A stretch of DNA of 63,115 nt, filler included, from Choristocarpus tenellus KU-1152 (GCA_964200185.2; 13 parts of 13 records of this genome joined end to end with filler, not necessarily neighbours in it); one strand, 5' to 3'. Positions 11,065-24,118 are shown, counted from the first letter of the whole stretch. The notes: a model not told the origin generated them from the sequence alone. Made by a program: numbers and translations.

Positions 11065-11335
11065 GAAACAAAGTAAATGCAAGACACCCAGAGTTTTTTG
11101 CATCTTATCGATGCTGAATAATGTGCAAAATTTGACTTTTTTGAACAAGTAGTGCATACAGTGGAACTTTTCTGAATCCTGTCGAAAAGTTTCCAACAAT
11201 AATAGAAGCGAAACCAACTCTCTCAAGTCAAACACTTCATCCATAAAAATATGGGCGAATTGCAAAGAGAGAGAGAAAACTGGCTTAAAAAGTAAAAAAG
11301 TCCAAAACCCAGATACCTGTCGTTTACTTCAACTC
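11065..11335 (-). mobile_element. MITE family C, full length, TSD ATT
   Basis: att|GAAACAAAGTAAA...CGTTTACTTCAACTC|att. Reverse orientation relative to 11776-12034. Confidence 0.85.
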
Positions 11336-11539
11336 ATTAGGTTCAGTCATCCCAACGCTCATCACTCTCCCTCCCCCTTCACATCTGGTGAGGCGTATGT
11401 ATACTCCCTCTGTCTGCAATGAATCTTTGCCACCACGTTCCATAATATCCTTAATATCAACCAAGTCCGTTTTTCTCAACCCTCATATAGTCCCAGAGCC
11501 CTCAATCAACGACCCACATCTATGACCCCCACTACTCCT

Positions 11540-12500
11540 TCAACAACCCTAGGAGCGACAGAAGCAGTCCAAGCAATAGAATACAAGGAGGGAAGGTTAT
11601 GGGTTGACATTTTTACGTTTGAGCTCCTACAGCTTGGCCTACAAGTGGAAATGACTGTCCTCCCGAGTTTCCATAAGATTGTGTTGCGGAGGTGGGACCA
11701 AGAAGTCGTGCCACAGGTCTGGAAAGATGCGCTCACCACCTCTCTACAAGAAGAAGAGGAACCCCCATGGATTGTGAGCCAAAGTAAGCGAGAGGTACCC
11801 AGATTTTTACCATTTTGCATTATAAGTTATTTTATTTATATTTTACAATTCACCAATATTTCTATGGACGAAGTGCTTAGTTTGACTTGAGAACGTTGAT
11901 TTCTCTTTAGTTTGAAAATTTTCGACAAAATTCAGAAAATATCCTTCATGCAGTTGTAAAAATGGCTGAATTTTGGACATATTTGTCAGTGTCCTTAAAA
12001 TGCAACTCTGGGTACTTCTCGTTTACTTTGACTCTGTGACAACTGCAGGGGCATCTCATTGGTGGCACATCCTTGCAAAGTCCTCCTTAAGTTGTTATGA
12101 GATGGTTGGGGGAATACCTGGAACAACAGAATATAGTTAAGTTTCCTTAGTCATCCATCAACTCCACGATCGTATGAGGGCATGTGTTCGCATTGATGAT
12201 GGTGAGTTCACAGACTGGTTTGAGATTGGACAAGGTCTTCAGCGAGGAGTGTTCTGGCTCCAATCCCCTTCAACATATTCACAGCAGTTCTAAGTGTGGC
12301 AGGTAAGGAGTTGACTTGCGACCCAGCCATCTCCAAGGACCTATTTGTCAATAAGAGAGTTGGCCACAAACAACCAAATCAGAGAAGGAGCACCAGGGAG
12401 TAGGAAAACACTTGTGTGGTTTTGTGGGGCATATATATACTTTATGCTGATGATGCAGGCATATTGCTTCCAGGACCTTAGGAGGTTTGATCACAGTGAA
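11540..12500 (+). mobile_element. Degenerate RTE-clade LINE RT, split by a family C MITE
   Basis: ELLQLGL..FHKIVLRRWDQEVVPQVWKDA, [MITE], CDNCRGISLVAHPCKVLLK, VIHQLHDRMRACVRIDDGEFTDWFEIGQGL, LYADDAG (~12440). Same family as 60-1620. Confidence 0.88.
11776..12034 (+). mobile_element. MITE family C, full length, TSD TGT
   Basis: tgt|GAGCCAAAGTAAGCGAGAGGTACCCAGA...TCTGGGTACTTCTCGTTTACTTTGACTC|tgt; TIR ~28 bp. Confidence 0.93.
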
Positions 12501-13889
12501 AAGGATAGTAGTGGATGATGAAAATGATAATAACAATTATTATTACAATAAAATAATTGAAACAATAGTTACAATAAAACGTTTTTTATCGATCGTGAAA
12601 CTCATCATTTATATGATCATAATAATAATGAAAAGAATATTAATAAAATCGTATTTTTTCTATATATATATATTCTAAGAATGAAAATAACTGCCTTTAT
12701 TGTGACTAATATTAAGGATATATTTATATACACATATGTATATAGTTTTCATTGGTTTTCCCCTGACACATCTGCAAAATGTCAGAGGACATAATAATGA
12801 AATATATTTATTGACAATTTATTGACAATAATATTAGTGATCATTAATTTGTTTTTACCAATGATGTGGAAGCGTCAAGGTGCCAAGCTCTCTGCTTAAG
12901 AGCGCACTCACATTCACCGGACTGAACTCTCCAACCTCAGAGGGTGAGACCGAGTTTCAAAGGTCTTGGTCCAACATCTCAAAGTCAGTTGAGGGAATCC
13001 AGAACAGAACAAAAACCTCAAACACAACAAATGTCCCAGAATGACTGAGCAATGTCACAGCAGAGAAATGGATCAGTCAGAATCGGAATGGATCTTTGTT
13101 CTGACAGTTCATTTTGGCTGTTTGGTCAAATCCGGATCTTATGGGTGTGGTTGATTTATTGGACTGGTCGGTATGGGTGAGTTCAAATAACGTGGTTGGC
13201 GCGCACAAATGTATATAACCGCGCGTCTTATGGACAAATGAGTGTGTCAAAGATCCCAAAAGAGGAACCTGTCCCTGACAATGATAATATTTTTGATAAT
13301 AATAATATTAATCATTAAGGGTAGTGAATATTAGTGGTTAAATTTATTGTAGAGGGTATGGGAAGGAGGAAGCAAGAGTGAATCAAAGAGAAATATTAGT
13401 TCCTCTATAACATCAGAGAGAAAGTTTAACAGTAGCAACAAAAAGAGAAGAACGAACTCAAATTGTGAAGAACGCTTACGAAGTAATCTGGGTTTATGTT
13501 AGCAAAAGAATTATGGTAAGGATATGGCACAGGGAAGAAAAAGAAAAAAGAAAAAGTAGTCAAGGGGTGAACGAAGAGTTAGGTACTGAGTGGGTAAGAG
13601 GCAGAAGAGGTAGGAGAGAAGATAAAGAAATGGGTGGTAGGTGGAAGCACAAGGTAAGAAGGAATTGTCAGAATGTAAAGAAAATCTAGGGCTGGTGGTA
13701 CAGGACGAGGAGGGCTAGAACAAGACAGTCTCCGAGCAAGCTCTCCCGTCCACCCACTCTTTCACATGCTCATGACCGATTGGGATGCTGGGTAAAGGGG
13801 GGGGAGGTCAAGTTCGGGCGGGGTAGGTGTCTTCTAGTTCCAAGGCATGGTATGAAGCCGATGATAAAGGGGCGTTCTTGGATGATTGT

Positions 13890-14063
13890 GGAGTGGTGTT
13901 GAGTAGTGTGGGGGAGTGGAAAGTGGGGGAAAGTGTTTGGGGGTTATGTGGTATTGAAAGGTGTGGTGGATTGTTAAAGGGTGTGTGGTTGAGTGGAGTG
14001 GTAAGTGGTGTGGGGTTGAGTGGAGTGGTGTTGAGTAGTGTGGGGGAGTGGAAAGTGGGAGAT
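13890..14063. repeat. G-rich low-complexity direct repeat
   Basis: GGAGTGGTGTTGAGTAGTGTGGGGGAGTGGAAAGTGGG occurs at ~13890 and ~14022, running into the gap. Confidence 0.7.
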
Positions 14064-16599
14064 NNNNNNNNNNNNNNNNNNNNNNNNNNNNNNNNNNNNN
14101 NNNNNNNTTAATTAATTAANNNNNNNNNNNNNNNNNNNNNNNNNNNNNNNNNNNNNNNNNNNNCCCCAGATACATTGGGTCAAATGCAGGTTGTGGATAA
14201 AGTTTTCAATTCTGAGGTAATGAAATGAGATGTGCCATTTCAAAGTTTGATCTATGGTCAGTGTTATTTGCCCATTGAGAACGTGTAGGAGTCAAATCCA
14301 AGAAAGAAAAAAATGATCAGCTTCAGGATCAAGGCCCACAATTAGTCCATGGACAGGTGTAATCAAGATGGTATTAAAGGTAAGTCTACTACAGTACTTG
14401 GTGCTGATTGTGCTATTTTGATACAGCAGGCTTACACACGCTTCACCATGCGGTTGGGAAGAAGGTAGCAGGAAGACACAACAACCGAGGTATACAACTC
14501 TGGTATTTCTTCAAAAGATGGAATATTCTAATGCTGCTCGGTTTACTCTAGCCATTGTGCAATCTTATCATCATACTTGTATCCTTGAGAGATACCCACA
14601 TGCACTGCCATGGTAAATTTCTTCTTCATGTCTCTCCGAAGGAGATGAGCAAATTTCATCGCCACAATTCTGCTGTTGGAGAAACTAAACTAGGAACACA
14701 GAATATCTCATTTTTTCAGGGGTATAAGATATTGCCTATTATATCTCAGTGGGTATGAATACTCAGCACCATGTAGTAGTGTATAGGTCAAAAAGTAACT
14801 GCATGTGGGAGTATTTACAGGTGTATGGTTCATAGGAAGGAATTGTACAGGGAAAGGCGAGAGGAATAGTCAGATACCCTTGGTGTTTTTGGTGTTAGAG
14901 AGTGAACAAGGATTTCAAGTATTGAAATTTTGTACTCCATGAAGAGATACTATAATTACATGCAGCTTAATGAAGAAATGGCAATTCTTACAATGGCAAA
15001 TATGAACATTACAACAAACACTACGTGGGCAATTCATACTACTAGCCCACAATAAAGTACAAAATGCATCAACAAAACATGAATACACACACAAGTAACC
15101 TTTTTGCAGAAGCATATCCAATAACGCTTTCAGCAAGAAACAAGTCAGACCACGGACCTTGCTGTCATACGCATGCTTTTTATTTCTACATCAAGAATGA
15201 CAGACAGTTACCAAGTTTGGAGGAGAATGTGGTGGGTGACACATCCATCGATCTGATCATGTTACATCCAATAGCTTGAAATCATTCTTGTCGATGGTAG
15301 AACAACAATCCGAACTTGCGCACTGGGCCCTACTCAGTCACAATAGTACCAAGCCCTTTTCCCCTTCTGAGGTTGTAGAACAGGGTCCAGCGTGATCTTT
15401 GATGCTGCAACACAAAAGCCCAGGTTTGGGTCCAAGCACAGGTAGGGCACAGCGCCAAACCTGAGTGCGAGGCCACAGGCATTCAATCGTGTTGGCATCA
15501 TCTTCAGGTACCTTCTTAAAGTTCATCTAGGCTAGCGAGCGTATTGAAGTCCTCCCACATGCCGGTGAGCTATCCTGGCCTCTTGCTGTGCAGCAGTGGA
15601 GTGGCCTGTAAGAGTAATGACGTGCTGCCACCAAAGTATAGTGGGTGAAATGTGGCGAAGTAAACAAAGCCTTGGACAATTTGATGGTAGCCTTACTATA
15701 TCCATGGATGTGAGAATGCTGAACGCACCTACCCAGGTGGTGTGGAATATATGGAGAGGTACCACAGCACTTGGCCAACACTGGAAAATGCCTGTTGAGG
15801 TCCGAGATAAGCCCCAATGTTGTGCCTGGGTCTGGATCTCAAGCCACAGTGCTGAGTCCAAGTCCAAGGTTATTTCCAGGGTCACTGGTACCGGTGCAAG
15901 TACCCAAAGCCATGCCTGTCATAAGGCTGTAATTTGTCTACCTGTATCATGTCAATTTGACAGTGAAACGAAAGGCAACCATCGTTTACTCATCACATTG
16001 CCTGCCTTGAGATTTCCCCCCTACAAACTGTATAATATCTATGAGAAAACAGAAATTTTTAATAGCATCCTTCTACCTTTCCCTCACCATATGTAAAAAT
16101 CATACACAGAACATCTAATCATCATATTTCTATATATGAACACAAGACATCAGGAAACATCTACAACCATGATACATCACTATAATTGCAGATTCACTAC
16201 TGCTTCAGTCGGTCACTGTCACCACAAGCATCCCAACCCCCAGGCATCACACCCCATAGCAGCACATAAACCCAAACATTTCCCACCCCCCGCATCTTTG
16301 TTCGTCTTGCTGGCAAGGGTCATCCGCATTTGTGGTGCTACAGTGGTCCAGGCAACAACACCACTGTGCACTAAACCAACAACCAAAGTACTTCCCCCTT
16401 CCCCCACTCGCCACATAAATGCCCTGTATACACCAGTAAGACATTTTCCAGTCAATAAATGATGTGTATGTTTTCCTCTGACCCATGAAGCAAGTATGAG
16501 GGTAAAAAACATGTTTTGCCAAATACACAGCATCTCTGGCAGTAACCCAAGAGTGGTCCTAAATGGGAGTTTTTCTGGTTCAAATTATTTAGATCACAT

Positions 16600-16805
16600 T
16601 CATGTAGAGGTGGTGGAAGAACTTGCAGCAAACACATCCTCAACCACTGTTGTCAGTGCCACTGCATGTTTGAAGTACACTGTGTTCTTGGCATTGTACG
16701 TTTGGCAGTTGGACAGCATGAGAAGCATGTCTGCCTTGAGCATGGCCTTTGACTTGTAGAAAGGGGGGTCCAACATCTCAAGTCGCCCCTTCATGGTTTT
16801 GAGGT
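16600..16805 (-). CDS. Terminal exon encoding a C-terminal bromodomain, GCN5-type histone acetyltransferase-like
   Basis: DLKTMKGRLE...FYKSKAMLKADMLLMLSNCQTYNAKNTVYFKHAVAL then stop. Pyrimidine-rich tract and CAG acceptor at 16806-16808. Upstream exons lie beyond the gap. Confidence 0.88.
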
Positions 16806-16955
16806 CTGATTCCATGGAGGGGAGGGAGGGGCAATGTTGGAGGGGGGGGATGAGGNNNNNNNNNNNNNNNNNNNNNNNNNNNNNNNNNNNNNNNNNNNNT
16901 TAATTAATTAANNNNNNNNNNNNNNNNNNNNNNNNNNNNNNNNNNNNNNNNNNNN

Positions 16956-17390
16956 ACCACCTTCGTGGAGCAGAATAAGGCAAAGTCACAAATCAAGAGG
17001 GGAATTATGGAGGCAATCAAGGAGGCAGCGGGGTATGACGCCATAGAGACCCAGTCAGCCACCTCACCTGACCTCAACGTCAACAACCTTGAAATCTTTC
17101 ATCAAATCCAGCAACTGAAGGAAGACGTGGGGGTGACCAACTGGAATGGAGTTTTGAAGGATTTCGAGGGCGGAATCATAGATAGGTGTAGGTTGCCCCA
17201 TTTTGGTTGAGATTTTGGTGGGCAACTTTTTGGTGCCGCCACAATATACCCATAAAATATGAACATGTGAAGAAAAATCTTCATCATGGATGCCAAAAGG
17301 TATGATATACTTAATTCCGAACAATAGTAATAAAGGATGGAAACAGATATGTTGGGTGGGGACATGCATGCCTTAAACTGGTACCCCCTG
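16956..17390 (+). mobile_element. 3' remnant of a Tc1/mariner (plant-mariner DD39D-like) DNA transposon
   Basis: FVEQNKAKSQ (degenerate QQDNAxPH) ... TQSATSPDLNVNNLEIFHQIQQL (degenerate QPxNSPDLNVLDLGFF..IQ). Possible right TIR AACTGGTACCCCCTG ends at 17390. Confidence 0.72.
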
Positions 17391-18246
17391 CATACTCTGT
17401 GTTCAGATAATAAATCAATATATATATATGTCTCTGGCGATCCGATTTCAAATATCGTGAGCGTTTCCCCGTCATGTGTATCATCTTTCTGGATGGAGTG
17501 ACCTATTGACCAAGAATGTATTCCACCTTCGTACTTTTCCTTTTCCAGTCTCCATCCCATTCAAGCAGAGGGATCCAGACCTAGGGGAGGAAGATGCAGA
17601 CACTACAATCCGCGTGCAGGTGTAAGGTGAGAGGCTGGCATTGAAGTCTCTACAAACATTATTCTCGAGAGGCACGGTCGAGTGCCACGACATCGTGCCA
17701 CACGAATGAGTCAATTCTCGTGTGGCTACTCGGACTTCAGGCAACGCTTGCGTACTCATTGCAGCGACTCTCATGACACATTCAGCCCATGAGACACACA
17801 TAGCAACTGCGCAATAGTTCCTTTTGTCCATACCAGTGTTTGAGACCCTAGTGCTTGAGACCCTAGTGCTTGCTTTGTTGGAGAACAATCATGTCTCCTG
17901 GAATATTTGTCGCTGTTCGAATGTAGGCCTCTCCCGACACAGAGAATTCATACAATACCCGGATGAAGCACAAGGTACACGAGAGGGAAAGCATTGACCA
18001 GAGTGGAGGACATATTTCATGCGTTAGTGACGGTTCCGGGCCCCGGTCTCGCAGAGCCGTATCTCACAGCCCGGAATGGAAGAGAGGTCTTGATGGGGCA
18101 GGAAGCGGTCCACTTAACTGTCCAGACGATTCCGACAAGGTGATGAAGCAAATATCAGGAAGGGATCCCTGATAAAATAAGAAAGTACACTTGTCTATAT
18201 CCTACTTATTAATGACAACAAGGATCCCTCAGCTTAAATGTGACAG

Positions 18247-18520
18247 GGCCCATGCGTTCCCTGGCCTACCTGTGGTTTTTAGCTCAGGAAGACCCGTCAA
18301 CCTTGCAAGATGGTGATGCCTCACCCCCCATTTACTCAATCACCAAACACCAGTGCGGAATGGCGCGGGCAGTGCTCGATGTTGAGGTGGCAGGCGAGAC
18401 AATCAATCTTTCCCTATATCCTAAGCTCATGTCAATATTGTCAGTAGCAGAGGGCTTGAGGCCACAGCTAAGAAGTGTGTCTTGGGTAATGAAGCTGATG
18501 GAAGAGCTCTTTGATGCCAG
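18247..18520 (+). CDS. Probable internal exon of an unknown protein
   Basis: Open frame PMRSLAYLWFLAQED...WVMKLMEELFDA, bounded by CAG| and |GTGAG. Confidence 0.55.
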
Positions 18521-20873
18521 GTGAGAGAAGGTGATAATTCTGCATTATATTTTCGAAGTATCATGCTACATGGTCAGGAAGGAATGAGCAAGAATTGTGA
18601 GTGCAAAAGAGTTGTATTCGTATAATTGATCGATCCATCTTTTCTCTTTTCAGTCAACCACTCACTCACATATCTTCAACCTTCCTGGAGCAAAACATGA
18701 GCAATAGTCAACTCAGATATTGCAAGAGATTATCCTTCTTGTGATGAAGAAAGAGCACAGAAAGAGACTAGTAAGAAACCTTCGTGCCTGCTGCTGGGCC
18801 TCTCACCTGTTGGGAGCCTTTTGCTCTGCAACACGCTACATGCCGCACAGTACCCAGTTCGTTTAGCATGCCTCACCACACACACCAGTAGTTGAATTGA
18901 GTGTATAGAAATTTCGCAAGCTAGACTTTTTCCTGATATCCCTTAAGTAAAAGACAGACAAACTTTGGGAGTACTAGAAGATCTGTCCATCAATTCATGG
19001 CTGAAACTATCTTCAATATCACATTGCCAATCGTGACCTGCCAATGGGTGTGTTATCAATATATTCCCAGTCGCAGATAGACCATCATCCAGGAGTGTTT
19101 GAAGTAGTGTTTCCAGATATTAGTGGTCCCGGATATCCACCTGCCCCTCTACTATCTAGTAAGAAGGTAACCTGAGTCAACAACAAAATATCCACTCAGG
19201 CAAAGAGCTGAACAGGCGAGCTATGCAGCAGAGGAGGACGAATTTAACCTTGATGCAAGTCTGAGGAAGCCCCCATCATTTCCGGTCTTCACCTACTTAC
19301 ACATCAAGAAGCGACATGGAATACAGCATTTGGTTCGGCTGGTAAGAAGATGATGCTAATGATAACTGCAGGAATGTGAGGATCCACAAATTGCCAGCAC
19401 AACCGGGGATACATGAGGTTGACCAGGCATAGAAGGGGCTTACTCCTAATAAGCTACACTAGAGTAAGAGTTTTACACTTTATTCCCCCCCCCTTCTTTG
19501 TGGACCATACTTGAGAGCATCGCTGTTGAGAAAAATAGCTCTTCTGGATTGGCAAACTGGATGGCATATCTTGGCAACAACAAGCTAATCGCCATACTAA
19601 ACTTTTTGCTGGGACCATGCATTCTCTTTCAGACGTGCCTGGAGCTTATTTGCAGTGCTCACATCCACCGGCGTCTTCATCCCGAGGTGGAGATACTCTC
19701 GCGCTTCCTTGAGGAGTACTATGGGCTAAAACAGCTTCTTTTTTTCCTGTGAGACGGGTGAAGGTCTGAGAAAGGCTACCTGCAAAACCTACTTGTTTCA
19801 CAGAAGAGTAGGGAAGGGATTATTTTGGGATGAGTGCATGATAAGGGACTATACACAGTCAAAGTGGGAACAAGTGGTTCCAAAAAATCGAATTACTAGG
19901 CCGGTGCATCTTGACTGGTGCAACAAACATCGGCTCATGCACACTTGCAATCACCCTGCACTAACCCTAACCCAATGAAAAGCAAGAACTGCCCGCTGAG
20001 AAGATTATTGACTGAAGGGCTCTTTCGAAACCCAATATTTGTAAGGAAGGGTTCCAGATGAAATTTGTTAGTTGCAACAACAACAAAATCATGGCCTCAA
20101 GAGAACTTCATGAGAACAGAACCTGCATTTTCCAACCTGTTAAATCGAAAAATTCTTTGATCTAGAGCGTTTACTAACAAGCGCCATTGAGGAGGAAAAC
20201 ATCAAAATCCTCAGTTTCTTCCTTCCTCCTGGTACCCTGCATGCTTGTGCTTGTTGGTACAAATAGGGACCTTCGCGAAGAGACACAGAGGGTGACCCAG
20301 GTCTGCACCCGAACAAGGTGGACGGTGAGGTCTGAATCGAAATTGTTTTCTTTGCACATGTCTGGTGAATTGCTTCTTAACCGGAAGACTTTTTTTCTCC
20401 ATGATAATATGGTCTTGATTGGCATACCATTCCTGGCTGTCCTCATGACCCTTACAAGGTGATAAATGGTTTGGCGTATGGCCATGGGTCGTGAGATGTT
20501 TGAAAGAGTTAGTACGGAGGTAGTACTCCTGACCTTTTTAGTATGTTGTAGGGATAGGGTTAGGGTTAGGATTATTGTAGGGTAGAGATATGTGCAACTC
20601 CTTGTTGTGATCATTTTTTCTCATTGTAGTGGGCTGTTGATACATGTAATGTATCATGTCTGAAATTTGGGGTGAAGGGGAGCACCTCTAGAGCTCTAGT
20701 GTTACTCCTGTACTCTGCATCATGTTGTACAGCATTCAGTAAGGGGCGAACAAAGAAAAAATATATAGGGGTAGCATTACACTGGTGTTATGGTTGCCCT
20801 GTAGTCCATGTAGCACATATGATCAACTATGAGAGCATATAAAGCTGAAAATTTTTCCTCCTGTGTGTTCTAG

Positions 20874-21002
20874 GAGGCAATTTCTCAAGCTGTGGGTGCA
20901 GTGTGGATGAGTTGGACAAATTGTGCTGAAGTGGCAAGGGGGTTGTTTGTAGAAACCAGCACACTGTACTACAGGGATCTCATGTCAACAATCGAGAGTC
21001 AG
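20874..21002 (+). CDS. Probable internal exon of an unknown protein, possibly the same gene as 18247-18520
   Basis: Pyrimidine tract and TAG acceptor; 43 open codons EAISQAVGAVWMSWTNCAEVARGLFVETSTLYYRDLMSTIESQ; donor CAG|GTGAGG. Confidence 0.6.
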
Positions 21003-21813
21003 GTGAGGTCACAAAACAGTATAGGTGGGATTCTCGTTGTGGCAGGGATAATGGGGGACATATTGGGTTTTGAAAAATATTCCAACTAGTATTAGGATTC
21101 CAAACTCGTAGCAGCTGAAATGTTAGGGTCAAGGGAGAAAAAAACATGATGCTTGAGGAGATACGAGATATTTTGAAAGAAACAAAAAATCAAGAGGCAA
21201 GAAAGAAAAGAACCCTCCGTCCCCAGGAAGTGCAGCCAACAGAATCCTGGGCGTAATGTACTAGCACCCAGTTCTAGGGATAGGGCGCCTTTAATGCCAT
21301 CATACATCACCAGGTCCCTCGAAAAAAAAAGAAAAAAAAGTTCAGTGCTGCTCTGGGTTAATCCAAACTGTACACCAGTCATCACATGACACACAGAGGA
21401 AGGGGGACACAAAATAGTAATCCCTGAAAAGAAAGAGACGGCAAGAAAAGGCAGAACTCAGCAAAGACCCAAAGTATCTGGGAGGGGGGGAGGGTCTACA
21501 CCAGGGTGTCCATATGGACCAAAANNNNNNNNNNNNNNNNNNNNNNNNNNNNNNNNNNNNNNNNNNNNTTAATTAATTAANNNNNNNNNNNNNNNNNNNN
21601 NNNNNNNNNNNNNNNNNNNNNNNNGTCCAAATGGACACCCTGGTGTAGACCCCCCCCCCCCTCCCAGATACTTTGGGTCATGATACATGTTTAGATGTTG
21701 TGATAAGATGTCTGATGTTTGCTCCTGACGGATATTCCTATAGCAGTGACATTGATCCAGCAACTGGGGTCCTAAAACCGACTAAACTACTGTGTTCTTG
21801 GAGGGAGACCTCT

Positions 21814-22001
21814 GGCTCAAAGTACCTGGGAAGGGGGGGGTGGTGGCTGTCCATTCTTGGCCCATTTTTTAATATCGAAATTTTTGGGTGATTTGTTTCC
21901 TTGGGTTGAATCGATAATGTAAATGCACGTTTCCTGGTCAGGGCCCGAACGGATACCCAGGTGTAGTCCCCCCACCTCCCCCCCCCCAGATACTTTGAGC
22001 C
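21814..22001 (+). mobile_element. MITE family A, complete 188-bp copy, TSD TCT. Truncated copies at 6697-6759, 14164-14181, 21466-21524, 21625-21679, 26657-26726, 26827-26978, 29526-29615, 42346-42366, 42467-42515, 49267-49334, 57660-57719, 57853-57888
   Basis: tct|GGCTCAAAGTACCTGGG...(C)nAGATACTTTGAGCC|tct, with G/C homopolymer tracts just inside both TIRs. Confidence 0.9.
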
Positions 22002-22071
22002 TCTCTGCTAACCCTCATTCTTTATCACGCAACATTATCAGCAGAAATATTTTTACCATAAATCAAGTCGT

Positions 22072-22331
22072 GAGTCAAAGTATCTTAGAGGGTAAGAGCC
22101 GCGTCCATATGGGGGTCAAAATCCAATGTTGTGATATGATTCAATTTTGGCTATCATGTTTCTTAGGAAGTGTCAATATCTATGTTTCGGACACACCTTT
22201 TCATAACGTATACATTTTGCCTACTCCTAAACATTTTGGAGTAGGAAAATGTCATAAAAGAACTCCATGGGAAGCCAAACCCCAAATGGATGAACAGGGC
22301 AAAACTTGTACCCTCTAAGATACTTTCACTC
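22072..22331 (+). mobile_element. MITE family B, full length, TSD CGT
   Basis: cgt|GAGTCAAAGTATCTTAGAGGGTA...TACCCTCTAAGATACTTTCACTC|cgt; 23-bp TIR with 1 mismatch. Confidence 0.95.
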
Positions 22332-23601
22332 CGTGCCGGTGTAGAAATTATGATGTGGCCCTCAACTACAAGGAGGAAACTGTTGGAATTCAGAACTCCA
22401 ATTCTTTTCTGTGTCAAAGTTTGGCTGTTGCAGGGTTCAAACGGTATTGGTAAAAGGTGCTGAGTTTGGGGACTGATTTTCAAGGTGCTTGGTTTTTCCA
22501 CCTTCAAAGACTTGATAGTCTTTGGTACTATTAGAAAACCCAAAGTTCTATTCTTTTACCTTGATGAGTTTGATGGGTTGAAATATTTCAAAAGAACCCA
22601 TAAACTCTGAAAATAATTTCCTTTTTGCTTTCATTGTGTCCAGAAATTATGTTTTTTTTTCTGTCACACTGAAAATCTGACAATAAAGCGATTGCTGGTA
22701 TGAGATAGTACTCCTTGCTGAGTTTGTGTGGAAGTGATCTAACCCTAATTAGACACAATGCCTCTGGTCCACCAAGCTAGTGCCAAAGGTGTCCCCACCA
22801 TTTCTTTTTGCAAGGTTGAGGTTCAGACATTGTATAATGCAGTCTTATTTCTTGTTAATTTTGAATAGCGGATCAATCACCAAGGGCTCCAATGATTCTC
22901 AGAAATAATCGAGTTCAAAGCAGGAGAATAATTGGAGGTTGAACGACAAGGAGCTATGAAATGTATAACTCAAATATGAAACTATCTGTACTCTATGTAC
23001 TGTACAGCGTATTGAAAATCTAGTCAATATGATATACTCAAGCACTAACGGTTTACACGAAAATCTTTCCTTGTAGTATACCTGAGTGGGTCAATTTTGG
23101 GTTGGACGGAACTTTTGTGTGCTCTTGTCTTTGTTCCAAATAGACCGTTAACTGCATTTTTTATAGTGCTACGCAAAAATTCTGGCTAAAATCCCACCCA
23201 ATGTAAGTTGCTTGTTCTTTTCTTGTTAGGGCTTTGACCGTGTGATTTCGAAATTGGTTCAATAATTGAAATTGTTCTAAGATCTGTTGAAGTCCTAAGT
23301 CAGGGTCCTAATGCAGAGAACATAATGCACAAGCTGGAAGTACATTTTCAAGTTGAGCGCAAGGAAGAGTAAGGAGAAAAATTATTCGCTGAGCTTGAAT
23401 ATGCGACGGATGAGCTGTATTCTGGTGTTCCAATCAACTATTGGTCTCTTCAAGGCCAAACATGGAATCTCCGACCCATATATCTATAACCTTGATCATA
23501 TCAATATATTTACATTATATATCATATGTATATCTCAAGTTGTTTCTTAGGTCGAGACTGTGAGACCAAGTCTCACAACGAGTATTCTAATCAATCTCAG
23601 A

Positions 23602-24118
23602 GAGTCAAGGCATACATGAGGGTAGGGTTTTTGTCTGTTTGGGGCCCAGAATCCAATGTTGCAAGTGAGTCAAAGTATCTTTGAGGGTAGATTCGCGTCC
23701 ATTCGGGACCAAAATCCAGTGTTGCAATATTGATGTAATTTTGATTATCATGTCTGTTAGCAGATGTCGATATCCTTGTTCCGGACTCTCCTTTTCATAA
23801 CGTATACATGTCACCTACTCCAAAACACTTTGGAGTAGGTAACATGTCATTAAAATCCCGTGGGAAGCCAAGCCTCAAATGAACCGAGAAAAACTCGTAC
23901 CCTCCAAGATGCTTTCACTCAAATATTGATGTAATTTTTGCTATCATGTTTGTGAGCAAGTGTCAATATCCTTGCTCTGGACACACCTTCATAGTCGTAC
24001 ATATTTTTGGTAACTGTGTTCACACAGAAAACCGAAAAATAGCATTAATTAACCGTGAGAAGTAAAGCCCCGAACAGACGAACAGGGCAGAAATCCTACC
24101 CTCTTAATGCTTTGGGTC
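23602..24118 (+). mobile_element. Older family B MITE (TSD AGA) containing a younger family B copy at 23667-23920
   Basis: The outer copy breaks at AATCCAATGTTGCAA and resumes at AATATTGATGTAATTTT after the inner copy GAGTCAAAGTATCTTTGAGGG...GATGCTTTCACTC. Confidence 0.85.

Noticed and set aside
10668-11265. ORFs with GL/PT/GV/SG dipeptide runs
   Set aside because: They are translations of the hexamer arrays and MITE sequence.
15338-15885. Merlin/IS1595-like transposase suggested by NTIECLW
   Set aside because: Only one short motif; no other catalytic motif or TIR found.
21923-22543. ORFs of 126-131 aa
   Set aside because: They run through family A and B MITEs and are chance frames.
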